Below are positions 11,481 through 23,353 of a DNA stretch of 41,714 nt, one piece after another (the stretch's first letter is position 1; each line of letters starts with the position of its first letter). The translations under genes were made by a program, and so were the position numbers. The notes below the pieces were generated by a model, which did no database searches, was not told the DNA's origin, and saw nothing but the letters and a program-made list of their open reading frames with translations. This DNA is from Guillardia theta CCMP2712 (lineage: Eukaryota; Protista; Cryptophyta): NCBI RefSeq assembly GCF_000315625.1, contig NW_005434652.1:1-41714 (forward strand). The letters run 5' to 3'.

Positions 11481-13275
11481 CTCGGGAAGATTGAGGAATG
11501 GTTCTCAACATCTTCATTACAATCATTTTTTTGCCTCACAAAATCTCTTCGGTCAAGTCTGTTCCAACAGCACGATTTCGTGCTAATCTCCAGGCGACCA
11601 TTTCAGCACTCTCGCTCACGCGTTTTGCCAACCTGGTAGATTTGCATCTAGTTCCATTGCTTCCCTCAAACTTCATTGGAGGACTAGGACAAACTAAGGT
11701 CTGGATTGGGGTTCTGGGAAGGTGCTTGATGTAAGATTCCAGTTCGAGATGGCTATCATCGAGATCAGTTTGTTTGAATTGAACGGAATTCATGGATGAT
11801 GTAACATCCCCGGGAAAATCAATTCCGTGGATTGCTTCATCGACATGGATGTCAAGCAACGCTTTGAAATTGTCACACGATATGAACGATTTGGATTCTT
11901 TGAGGGGATGGCCATGCTCATGTTGGAAGGCAGTTGGGCCATGATTCGGCTTCTGATTGAGATGATGTGAGAACCTGAAAGGCGGCGCTGACAACAGCAT
12001 GGCCATCACCCCTGACGCCAAAAATTTCAAAAAGGTCGACGGTGTTACCACCCTCGTGATCTCCGACTTCTTGGCGGCACCCTCACCCCCTCTGGCAAGG
12101 AAAACTGACTCCTTCGAAGGGTCCCCCTTTTACGGAAGTAGAGCCGGAAACTCGTCTTTTCATAACCTGGTGAAGATACGAATGCATGGGATTTCGTATC
12201 TGGATATCATTCACTCAGAATTTCTCGGGAAGAAGGCAGAGTGATGTCACTGGGATTCGAAAAGACTCCTCTACATATCCAATCACAAGGTCTGCTGATG
12301 TGGAGGACGGAGGGGCCGCATGCTTTACAAGGGGTTTCACCAATAAATTGCATCAGGCACAAGCTGCTCGCAAGGATCTCCCAGTGCGAGCCACTGGCAT
12401 CAAGTGTCAAGAACAGAACTCAAAGATTTTAACAGCAATGTTGAAGTTCCCAGTAACCTTCTCTCCACAGACGGTGACACAGTCACAGTAGCAGTGACAC
12501 CCGAAGTAGACAGTGATAGCACCGACTGCAAGTTTCTGTAGCAGTGGTAATAGATATCACGAATGGTGGCCGCGCAGGAATGATATCAGGATACAGAGAA
12601 CAAACGGAGGTGATAAGAGATTGGTATAGATGGTCAAGCTTGTTTACTTCAAGCAATCCAGTCTCACAGAGACCGTACACCTCGTTCTCCTTTCCCTGTC
12701 CTGCCAATGCGTGCGGCCCTTCTTCCTCTTCCTCGGTCCCTAAAATAGGGTCCGCTTGGTCCTAGGAACTACGACTACCGGTACTCTACGCTTCTTATCT
12801 GCGATATGATTCTTCGACCGGTCCGAGGCCTGGTTCCGTACCTTGAGGGTTCCCTGAGAAAGAGTCATAGGCTTGACATGACGAGGTCTTCGATTCTCAT
12901 CCAATGCTCTCTGTGAAGTTGATGTAGCTGCTCCCTTGACCTTGACAGGTCCTGTGTCTCCGTAGGAGCATGCTTGGAGGTGGTCTCGTGCATTCCTTGT
13001 ATGTCCTCCGCTAAGATGATCATGACAGTACTGTCTTCTTTGATCAGACCCCTTGTTCTCCCATGTCCATGACTTCAGGGGTGATACTTCCAATCTCCCC
13101 TTGAGCGTAGCCATATCTCGCTTATCTCCTGCTGCCATCCACGAGTCCTAGGTTCTTGCTGTCTTCTTCATGATTCTCCTACGTCGTCCTTATTGTAGCT
13201 GTTGCTGTCCTCTCCAGGGATGCATTCCGAGGCTCTAAGCATCTGTGCACTTGAGCCACGTCGATTGTTTGGCAT
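11466..13275 (-). CDS. Hypothetical multi-exon protein; 3' end approximate
   Basis: MPNNRRGSS... (13275) can be spliced to ORF 12740-13138, followed by ORFs 12483-12707, 12207-12410 and 11536-12051. Low-complexity, no domain recognised. Confidence 0.45.
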
Positions 13276-13444
13276 TGTCTGAGGTGAAGCTTCCTCCTAT
13301 CAGGTGCTTCAACAAGCAAGCAAGCCGACTTGTACAAGAATCAACAGAAAAAGAATCAACAGAGAGCAAACCGACAAGGGGGTCTTTGAATTTAAACTTT
13401 GTCTTCAGAGCGCATTGATCTTATTTTTTTGAAAAGTCCCTACT

Positions 13445-13822
13445 ATGCAATCAATTTTGTCTTCAACCGATGTCTTGCACCAAACAGAACTTGTTCTCAA
13501 AGCATCTCCAAGGGGAGAAACGCATTCCTGCGACCAGTATCGAGCTTTATTGGACAGAGAACTAGAAGACGAGATGAAGTCAGAAAATTCGGTTGGAGAA
13601 TTGTTGGAACAGTTGGACAGGAACATCGAGCAAGAGATCTCAACAACACTTGAATGTCCTCACCCTCCCATGTTTTACAGCCGTCGCATGAAAGGTTGTA
13701 TGCACAATCAATACTCTTCAAAAGTGGAAACCTGTGGGAATAGCTCGCCAAGCGAGATGCTCCAGACTTGGAGGCGAGCAAGGAATCGATCACTTGGACT
13801 GATTTATGATCATGTGATATAG
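13445..13822 (+). CDS. Small hypothetical protein (125 aa)
   Basis: ATG-to-stop ORF filling the gap between neighbours, with an acidic helical core. No homology recognised. Confidence 0.4.
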   Translation: MQSILSSTDVLHQTELVLKASPRGETHSCDQYRALLDRELEDEMKSENSVGELLEQLDRNIEQEISTTLECPHPPMFYSRRMKGCMHNQYSSKVETCGNSSPSEMLQTWRRARNRSLGLIYDHVI

Positions 13823-13929
13823 AGAGGAAAGCATCTTCTTCATTGAAAAGCATCTTGTTAATAAATTCTTACGTACAAACGTTTTTCGAACAGTTCGTAT
13901 GCACTACCTGATTCCAAAACATCTGCATG

Positions 13930-15647
13930 CTACTTCTTCTTTTGACTGCGAATGCTTAATATCAAACAACATTCACAATAATAGGAGCATCTCACCTTTC
14001 ATCAACTAAGAAAACTTTGATTTCTACACCATCCACTAATCCAAATTCATCAAGTTTCTTGTCTTCTGGATACAAAATTGTAGTAACGCCTTCACGATTC
14101 ACGATCCATCTGTGAGAATGTTAGCCAGAACTTGGAGTCATCGATCAATACTTCTGTATGGAAACAGGAATTCCTTGTTCAAACCTGCTTCCAGCTAGTT
14201 TGTCTGAACAAAGATGGGCAGACATCTCGCTCAGATGTCTCTTTCCACTCTCAACATCACCATGGATATCAAGCCGCAAGTTCATAACAGCAAGGACGTC
14301 ATGCTCCACTTGTCCAGCAATGATATTGGCTTTGACTGAAACAAGGTCTCTTGACCTCCATAGTAAAACTTTTTCGTCAAGTCCAACCTGAATAGAAATC
14401 ACAAAGAATGCTTTTGCTTGTAATTTTCTAATTACCGTTACAGCATATTCACCAGTAGACGTGAAGGTACTTGCGACAACAGTGTCCTGATGATATTCAT
14501 ACAAACTTCTCTCCTGCAATCTCCTCAAGTCCCACAGTTTTAGTTCAGAGGCTTCACCCCCCGTCATCAAAACAGACTCATAAACATTAGAGTAGCTCAA
14601 CGAGCAAGTCAGAATACGAGACGAATGGCCAGACAAAATGTGAACCGGTCTTGACACTCGAAAGTCCCAAATGCATACCATCTTATCCCACGAGACTGAC
14701 ACGCAGACATTTGGGTCGAAACAGTTTGCAACTGACATAACTCTGTCGGTGTGTGCAGCCATCCGCTGTATTCCCTTGGACACTTCGACGTCCCACAAGA
14801 TTGAGGAGTTGTCCCAGGAACCAGTGATGAGCTTGGAGTGCGGGAAAACAAGCTGAAACTTGCAGCACTTGATGACGTCAGAGTGTGTTTCAGTATCCGG
14901 CCATGGTTTAAGACCCAGCTCATGAAGTTTCTGCTTGAATAGCACTTTCTCATGGATTGCGAGATTGTTCCAGAAGTTCTTTGGAGGTTTTTGTTTGGTT
15001 CCCAAAGATGTGATGAACTGCCCATCTTTCGGGTTCCAAAGCTCTCCTCCTTGTCTTCCTGCAATCAAGCAGATAGATCCATCACCAGCAATGTCACAGC
15101 AAAATGCTTTCTTGATTGACGTATCACAGTATTGGTGAACAACACAAAAATTGAGATCCCAAATGGCAAACCTTCCATTTTGATCTGTGGAAATAGCTCT
15201 TTTCCCATCTAGAGTTACTCCCAGCCCAACCACAGGACATGTATGCGCGTCAATTGTCTTGCGTAGGGTCATTTTCACTCCACTTGGATGCATCAGCTGC
15301 TTTGCTTGAGACTCATATACCTTGATAACCCCCTCCTTGGAGGACAAGATTACTCGAGTCCCTACTTTTTCCTGCACACTTTCATCGAACAAGGATGAGT
15401 CCGTGCTGGACGATTGTTCGTCAGTCTGCACCTCAGGAGTTTTTTGAGGAGTGTCATCCATAAGCTGCTCGTACCAGTCCGTGCGGAAGTAGGTAAGGAT
15501 AGCGTTGTTAGGCATGAAGTGATAGTCTCTCTCTGCGAGAATGACTGCCCTGTTTGGGTCGGGTTCTTTCTTAGGCCACTTAGCATCGAAAATGACAGAC
15601 AGTCGTCGCCATGAATTCCCGGCGACAGAGCTTGGCATTGAACCCAT
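13930..15647 (-). CDS. WD40-repeat protein with C-terminal ubiquitin-like domain
   Basis: WD repeats (LITGSWDNSSILWD, VSVSWDKMVCIWD, GHSSRI, ELKLWD). Spliced C-terminus GIPVSIQ(R)WIVNREG...DKKLDEFGLVDGVEIKVFL...QKKK*. Confidence 0.82.
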
Positions 15648-16123
15648 CTTCGCTTCTGTATCTTCACACAATCATCCCGTGAAACATGCTCACACTGTCT
15701 GCACCAGTCCTGATCGTAAACTTCAATGCATCTATCCGAGTTTGTCTTGATCATGAAATGAATCTATCTGAGTGTGATTCGGTAGAATCCAACAGTGCTA
15801 AGTCAGCAACACAAGCACATGTCCAACTATCACAAGACCTCATAGGAACCTCCTCACAGCGAGACAATCAAACTTGAGCTGTGCCGCCTACATGTGATTG
15901 GGGCAACGTGATCATCATTCCAAGCAGCTTCTAATCGTTACAACGGTAGCATCTGACCACATAACCGTCGTAACGTAACGGTACCGAGGCCATCATCGGA
16001 TGTGCAGTCAGAGATGGTCCGATCAAGTTTCACCGCTCAGGCTTTCGGAGACAGTACGGTAGTGCAGTCGGGCATTCATTTCAGTACAATAATCTGATGC
16101 GATCAGATGATTCAACTGGTATT

Positions 16124-19100
16124 TCAACTGCAAGATGGCGACAAGCTCGAGCGCACTGTATCAGGATCAAAGTTCGATTCCTTTCTCTCGATAAATTCTC
16201 TGAGAGTCAGTGAGCGCTGGGTGTTAACAGCAGAATCAACAGAGTTCACCTTAGTCGCAAAGCTGGATCTCATCTCCAGGGAAAGCTCGCGAGGGGAGGG
16301 CAGGTCGTCGTACTCGTCAAGCGAAGAGGAGTACATTTTGAGAGCTTGCTGCACACTGAGCAGAGTTTCCGATTGAACCAGCTGGGAGGGCATTACCGTC
16401 GAGACTTCTCTACTTACGCTTCTTACAGGAAGACGCTCTAGTCGCCCTGCCTTTTGCGCTCGTTTCTGTAAAGATGCGTCGATCTCATTTGCATCGCAAA
16501 TGACAGGCTTGGCAAAGGACCCACCTGGTCTAGTCCCTTCGTAGCTGACCTTAGCTTCACAGGTTCAGCAAGTGAGCCGCGTTTCTTCGGTGTTGTTTCA
16601 TTGCTTAAGCCGTGCGAGGCTTGTTGCTGTAATCAAGTGAATAAAACTTTCTTTCGCAGACATCATACCTTTACGCTTGGAAGTTTCTTGCTTTTGGGAA
16701 TTGGAGTCGTCAATTTGTTTAGCTTTTTTCTGTTTTCATCCATAGCTCCTGGTTTATCGTGCACTTCAATTTGACCCACAGGTGCATATGGTTCCATGGT
16801 GTCTTGAATTGCAGATTCTTGATCTGTTGGAAATCAAAGTAAGCCGATGAGTTGGCCCGCGCAGAAATCTCTCACCAAGTGCCTCATCATCAATCATGTA
16901 CAACTCAATTCCATTGCCGGCATCGTTTCTTGGAGAGAAGAGCTCCCCATCATTGTACATAACGATTCCTCCGGCAGATATCAGGTTTCCCCTACTTGCA
17001 ATGTTTCCACGGCTGGCAATGTTCCCTCGGCTACCAACGTGTCCTCGGCTGCTCATCCTCCGGCTCATCGACTTGGGGCTGAAAAGCTGTCCTCGACTTT
17101 GCGCTCTGCTCTGAGCCCTGCTGGGATTGGGTGTGCTTGAAGGCGAACGGAACAAGGGAGTATCGTGTTCTCCCTGAGGAAACATGGAGACGCCTCCTCC
17201 TCTGTTTACAAACGAGCTCGTTGTCAACGGCCTCGAGGATACGCCTTGTTCTTGGAAGATTGAATGTATTCCATCCGACTTGTTGCTCTGCACACTTTGC
17301 TTGTCCAACACTCGAGGAGTTGATTTACTTGAGCTGGGACGCTCAAGAGTCGAATCAGAAATGATTTCAAACATAGAGAGAACTTCTTCCATCACTTGCT
17401 CTACCATTTCTTGGCAATGCATTTCAACAATTCCAAGGAAGTCATCTGGTTCAGAATCAAGTCTTGTAGACACGGCTCTATTCATCTGTTTGTCATCCAC
17501 TGACATTCGATGAGAAGCAGAGGTATCTTGAACGCAAGTACTAGTATTCTCATCATCATTGGCACTCTCATCAACTTTCTGAATTGAGCTCGAGTGGTTC
17601 TCAGAAACAATGTCCTGCTTTGTATCAGCTGCGAGAATCTCCTTGAAGTCTATAGCTGATCGGTGCTTCCTTGTCGAGTCAAACGATGCATGGTTTAACG
17701 CCTGAAGTTTGCTGGACATGAGGTTCTCAAAAGATCCTATCAATCTATGGAAATCGTTTCGATTTAAGCAAAGACATTTGCATTCTGATTTGGCATCGAT
17801 TCTTGGCTGCAACTTTACCCTTTTGCGAGGGTTTTCACTAATTGAAGACAAAAGCAGTGCATCTTCGCAGAAAAAGTCTCCAGGCCCTAGCTCTCTGGAA
17901 ACCAACTTGCGCATAGCAGCATATTGTCTTTCTTCTGCCAACCCTTCCTCCAAGATATAGAAAACATCATCCTCAAGAGAATCTTCGTTCTTGATGTTAA
18001 TCCCAGCCCCAAATACGACTTCTTCCATAGCATCGACAATGTTGGCAAGTTGATCCGAATCCAAATGTTGAGCAAAAGGTGTGTTAAGGAATAAGCTCTT
18101 CTTGACTTCATGTCGGTGCTTTTCATAGTCCAACTTCAACTCATGGAAGGTTCGCGACGACAAGCTCAGAAGAACAACATCATTGATTGACCGGATGCTG
18201 GTATCGGCCTTGCAAGGCTGAACAAGCGAAAGCTCTCCAAACCACTGAACAAACGATTCGTTAGTTGAGTTACAAGCCCACATTATTTCTATAGTTACCT
18301 CCTTTGGCATGATCGTCGAAACAACTTCAAACGGTCCCTTTTCCTTCAATTTTGCCTTTCTATGAAGCATGGAGCTGGAAGTCTGAAAGTTGATGGAGCT
18401 TTTCCCTGTCGCGGGTTCTTCATGCTTTGAATCCCGTGCATCATCATTATGTTCTTTAGCGGAAGCGTTTTCATGAGAGTTCAATGAGAGGTCATCGCCT
18501 GTGAAAGAGCTCTGTATCCCTGCTTGAAAGTGTCCGGCTGTCAAAGGTTCAGTCTGTAAGGTTTCACCAGAGACAACTGAGTGCCGAATAGAGTCTCGTC
18601 GCGAGATACTGGAGCCTATGAAGGAAGCTTGCGAATACTTTGAGGAGAGGATCTTTCCAGCAACATCTGACGCTGGCGGCTGAGTCTTGGATACAGAAGA
18701 AACAACTCGAGCACAATTTCCTTTGAAGACAATCAAGAATGATTCAACACCTTCACCCAAGTTCCAAATCACGTCGTCTCTGTACTTCTTGACCATGTGA
18801 AACAGTCCACGTACAATCTCCTTGAGATTTTTGTCTAACACAGAGAATAACGGAATTCTTGCCATAGTCTTGTCAATCAGTTGCATCATCTCTGGGTCTG
18901 ATATACGAGGATGAGACTTGAGGCTGTACAATTCCTGGATCTTCGACAAATCCTTTGACTTCCTGGCTTGCGCTATTCGCGTGCGGTCAAACGGTGAGTA
19001 AGAAATCGCGTTCCTCCTCCGAGTCCCTACGTTTTCCAACCGATGTCTGTCTGCAAGCATAGCCTCGTCGTCTTCCTTCTGAATCTTCTTCACCACCGCA

Positions 19101-19543
19101 CTCGCGAGGCTTTGACTCACTTTCTTTGCTTGCTTAGGTCCCAGAGCTTCAACAAAGTCGATAAAAAGATCATAGTTGATGGTAGCGACGATGCTGTCCT
19201 GAACCGCAATTACCGTGTGATCTCGCAAGACTTTTGAGTCATTCAGACTGCAGAGTTCCACGTCTCCGACCATTTCTCCCTCACCCAGACTCATTACCGC
19301 CTTACCAAAGGATTGCAACGACAACTCGCCTTTCACTATGAGCGCTAGGAAATCAGCAGCATCGCCTGCGTTAAATAGCACATCTCCTCTTTCCACATGC
19401 AACCGATGAAGCATCTGTGCCAAAGCTCGAATCTGTCGTTCTTCAAGGTGAAATGCAAAGGAAGACCTGTCTTTGTTGCTTCTCATCAGCGTGGGTATGA
19501 TGGATTCCTTTATGAACTGATCTTCTGTGATCTGTGGCGCCAT
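16124..19543 (-). CDS. Multi cyclic-nucleotide-binding-domain protein with long disordered tail
   Basis: ORF 16766-19573 has cNMP-fold segments (RGDVLFNAGDAADFLALIVKGE...GEMVGD; WFGELSLV; FYILEEG...LGPGDFFCEDALL). It continues through introns to ORF 16124-16393. First in-frame ATG at 19543. Confidence 0.8.
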
Positions 19544-20036
19544 GGCAGCTTTGAGGGCTTTGGATAAGAGCAATGAGAGTCAGGAGCCCATGGCGGTTGA
19601 TATGAGCTTAGAAACTACCCTCCGACCGGCACACAATCCCAACAAGTCTTGGGATCGATTGGCATTAGCATGACTGATCGAAGTAGAACATTCCCTTCCT
19701 TGCTACCGTCGCAGCTACTAGCTCAGCGGCATGCCAACCTCTTCCTCCCTCCTCTCCTTAGCCTCTCCTCAGATCCTCCGGCGACATTGTCCTGACGGTC
19801 TTGCTTGCCGCCCCGGCACCGCAACGCCTCGTTGGGCCTATCATGGGCGCCAGCCACTACTGCTATACTAAGCTTTATTGACTGAAAAAGAAGGGCAAAC
19901 CGGAGCAAACAAAGGAGGGGGAGGATAAAGCCTACAAACCCGCCTCAATAAAATACTAGAAAACGAAAAAGGCAGCAGATATACACTGCTATCCAGCTAT
20001 CACCCAGTCCTGAGGTGAGCGCGCTGAGTTTGCGAA

Positions 20037-23000
20037 ATGCGTGGGGGCTTGGGAGGAGGATGGGAAGGGGGCGAGGGGCGAGGGGCGACGAGGACAGCAG
20101 AGAAGATCCTACGGGCGTTCATGGAGACAGGAGGCGATGTGAATGTCCAAGACCGTCAGGGATGGAGTGCTCTACACCTGGTCTGCTTCCTCTCCTTCCC
20201 TGGAGGCGACGCCTGCCTCGACCTGCTGCTCAGCGCGCGAGCGGATCTCACGAGCAGGACGCAACAAGGGCTGACACCTCTGCACCTTGCAGCGTCTGAT
20301 GGAAGAGTCGCTACTGCATCGAAGCTGCTCTCGCATGGTGCCAAGAGCGACGCTCGAGGAGCGGGGGGTGAAACCCCTTTGCATGTCGCAGCGAAGAACG
20401 GGCATGACGGTATGGTCTCCCTCCTCATACGAATGGGTGCCAATATGCGGGTGGCTTGCGATGAAGGTAAGACGGGACTTCATCATGCTGTGTCGAGTGG
20501 ACACCTGCCGACCGTGGCGGCTGTGTACCATGCCAACCCTGACATGCTGCAAGCTAAAGACGCTAATGGCCGCACAGCCGAAGATGTAGCACGTGAATTG
20601 TACTACGAGGACATCATTGATTTCCTCAAGGATTGCTCCCTCAAGGATCTTGTTCAAGTGCAGCAGAGCAAGGGCCGTGATGAACGACTGGGAAGGATAC
20701 CTTCCACCTCAGCCCCACAACAGCCAGACAGCGCCAAGGTGCGGCAGATGGCTCCTACGCTGTCTCCGTTGACGGGTGGGGTCGGCGATGGAGATCGGCT
20801 TGACTTTGGTATGATCTCAATGCCCTTCCTGAATCCTTTCCTGTCTTTCTTCTTGCACCATCACCCCTCCTTCGCTCTTTTGCCACCCTCCCTCCCTCGT
20901 TTTCTCTATTTTTTGTCATCACTCCCTCCCTCCCTCTCTCCCACCCTCCCACCCTCCATCCCTCCATCCCTCCATCCCGCCTTGTTGCAGATTCCTGCTC
21001 TTTCTCTTTCTGCATCCTGATTTTACCTCCGCTTCTCATGTGTTTTTCCGCTGACATCGTCGTGTAGACGCTGAATCTCTCCCGCGGCGCCAGATCGTTT
21101 CGGGAGACACACAACCGAGTTCGATATCTCCTCACAGCTCTGCAGGCAGGCAGGAAGAGAGAAAGCCTGCTTACACAGAAGGCAGACAGTCTCGTCGACA
21201 GGCGTCGGTCAAGAGTGATCCTCCTCCTATTCCTTCGGCCCAGCCCTCTCCATATCAGGTCAACCAGGAACCGACAGCGGCTGCACAAGTGCGGGAGGAT
21301 GGGCTTCTAGGAATAGACATGGAGTGGGAGGTTGACTACAAGTGAGCTGCTCTCTGTCTGTCTATCTGAGATGTTGATGCTTGTTGGGAATTCTCATTTC
21401 CCCGCAGCGACATTGAGTTCGGGACGCTGTTGGGGTCAGGGACGTTCGGAGATGTGTACAAGGCCAAATGGCTCGGGTCAGGTTGGTTGGCCTCCTGGAT
21501 GGATCCATAAGAACTAAAAGAGCCTCAGCGGTTGCTGTCAAGGTTCTGCGAGTGACGCGGGCACTGGATGAAACTCAAGTAGGAAGTTCTTGTCGGGTGA
21601 AGGTTGTTTTCATGTCTCGCCGCAGATCAAAGAGTTTCGAGCTGAAGTCGACATCATGAGCCGCATGCGACATGTCAATATCGTTCAATTTGTCGGGGCC
21701 TGCACCAAGGTGATTATGGATTGCCCTTCCTCCTCCTTCCTCCTCCCTCGCTCTTCCCTTGCTCCCATCTTTCATCTTGTCCTTCTGCCTTCCCTTCTGA
21801 GTGCTATCGCTAGTTAGACATCGTATGGAGATGTTCTCCTTGTGCTGACTGATTGCCTTGACAGGCGCCCAACCTGGCGATCGTGACGGAATATCTGCCC
21901 AAGATGTCCCTCTATGACGTTCTTCGTACAGAGCCGCTGGACTGGACCCGCAAGCTCAGCGTGGGTAGGGGTCGACAGCTTCTGCTCATGCTTCTGACAT
22001 GCTGGGCAGCGAGTCAGGCTGCCGCTGGGATTCTTTACCTGCACCACAGGAAGCCGCCGGTGGTACATCGAGACATCAAGTCGGACAACTTCCTGATCGA
22101 CCTCAACTACAATGTTAAGGTCCTCCGCTCCTCCCCTTCCCCTTCCTCCTCCCCTTCCTCCTCCTGCCCCTGGCCTGATTCTTGCGCTGCTCTGTGAAGG
22201 TCTGCGACTTTGGTCTGGCGAGGTTTCGCACAAATGCGACTCACGTGGCGACGAGTCACAACCGAGCAGGAACGCCGGGATGGATGGCTCCGGAGGTGAC
22301 GTCACGCTTCGCTTTGTTCTTACCTCACATGATCCTCTCCTCTCTTCCTCTCCTCTCTTCCTCTTCTTACTCATACATTCTCAGGTGCTCCGAGGAGAGA
22401 AGTTTGATGAGTCGTCGGACCTTTACTCCTTCGGCGTCGTCTTGTGGGAGATGCTCACACTAGAGCAGGTGATCTTCCTGCCTGCTCCCGATACCTCCTC
22501 CACTCCCCTTCCTCCTTCTCTTTCCCCCTCTCTGCTCTTCCCCTCCCTCCTTTCCCTGCACCTTGAGTCTTCACCTCAACATCCCCATGCTGATCTCCGC
22601 ATCGCATCTCTTGTCGCTGCAGCCATGGAGGGACGTGGATCCTATGCAGCTTCCGGGCATCGGTGAACCTCCTGTCTTGCTCCTCTCTCCTCACTCACTC
22701 GTTTCTCAGTTGGGTTTCAAGGAAGGAGACTTCGACTGCCTCCCACGGCTCCTCCTGGATGGTAATCCCATCCGAACACACCGCTGCGTCCAATCTCGTT
22801 GCTTCTGCTTCTGCTCATCCTGCTTGGTTGCATTCCTCCTCCCGCACCACACTTTCATCTACTGACTTGATCAGCCCACATGACTACATCGCTCTCATCG
22901 CCGACTCGTGGCATCACAACCCGCAGCGACGTCCGAGGATGAGAGAGGTGAGAACCTGATGCCAGAGAAGCGCCAAGATGCAAGGAGAGGAGGCATGCTT

Positions 23001-23073
23001 ATCTCGGGGGCAGGTGTCGCAACGGCTGAATCGGATGGTCACGATGGCGAGCAATAAAGTTGCGATAGCGTGA
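20037..23073 (+). CDS. Ankyrin-repeat tyrosine-kinase-like (Raf-like) protein kinase
   Basis: ANK repeats (GLTPLHLAA, GETPLHVAA, GKTGLHHAV). Kinase motifs LGSGTFGDVY, VAVK, HVNIVQFVGAC, VVHRDIKSDNFL, CDFGLAR, GTPGWMAPE, DLYSFGVVLWE across many introns. Confidence 0.92.
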
Positions 23074-23353
23074 ACCAAGTGGAATACGGGCAAAGTAGAA
23101 CAAATACCTCAGGAATTTAACACATCTTGTGAAACAAACAGACTTGAATGAAATCATTCAACCCTAACCCCCGAAGATAGCATAACCCAGTCAGCAGTTT
23201 CTAACCCAGACAATATCGTGCCTCTGTCAGCATGGAGAGGATGCCAAGTGAGAGAGGAGCGCTTGGAAAACAGCACATGAGATGAATGTAAAACTTCATT
23301 TAATCAGACTGGCATATATAACAATAGATTCTCGAAATTGTCGATCATCCTAA

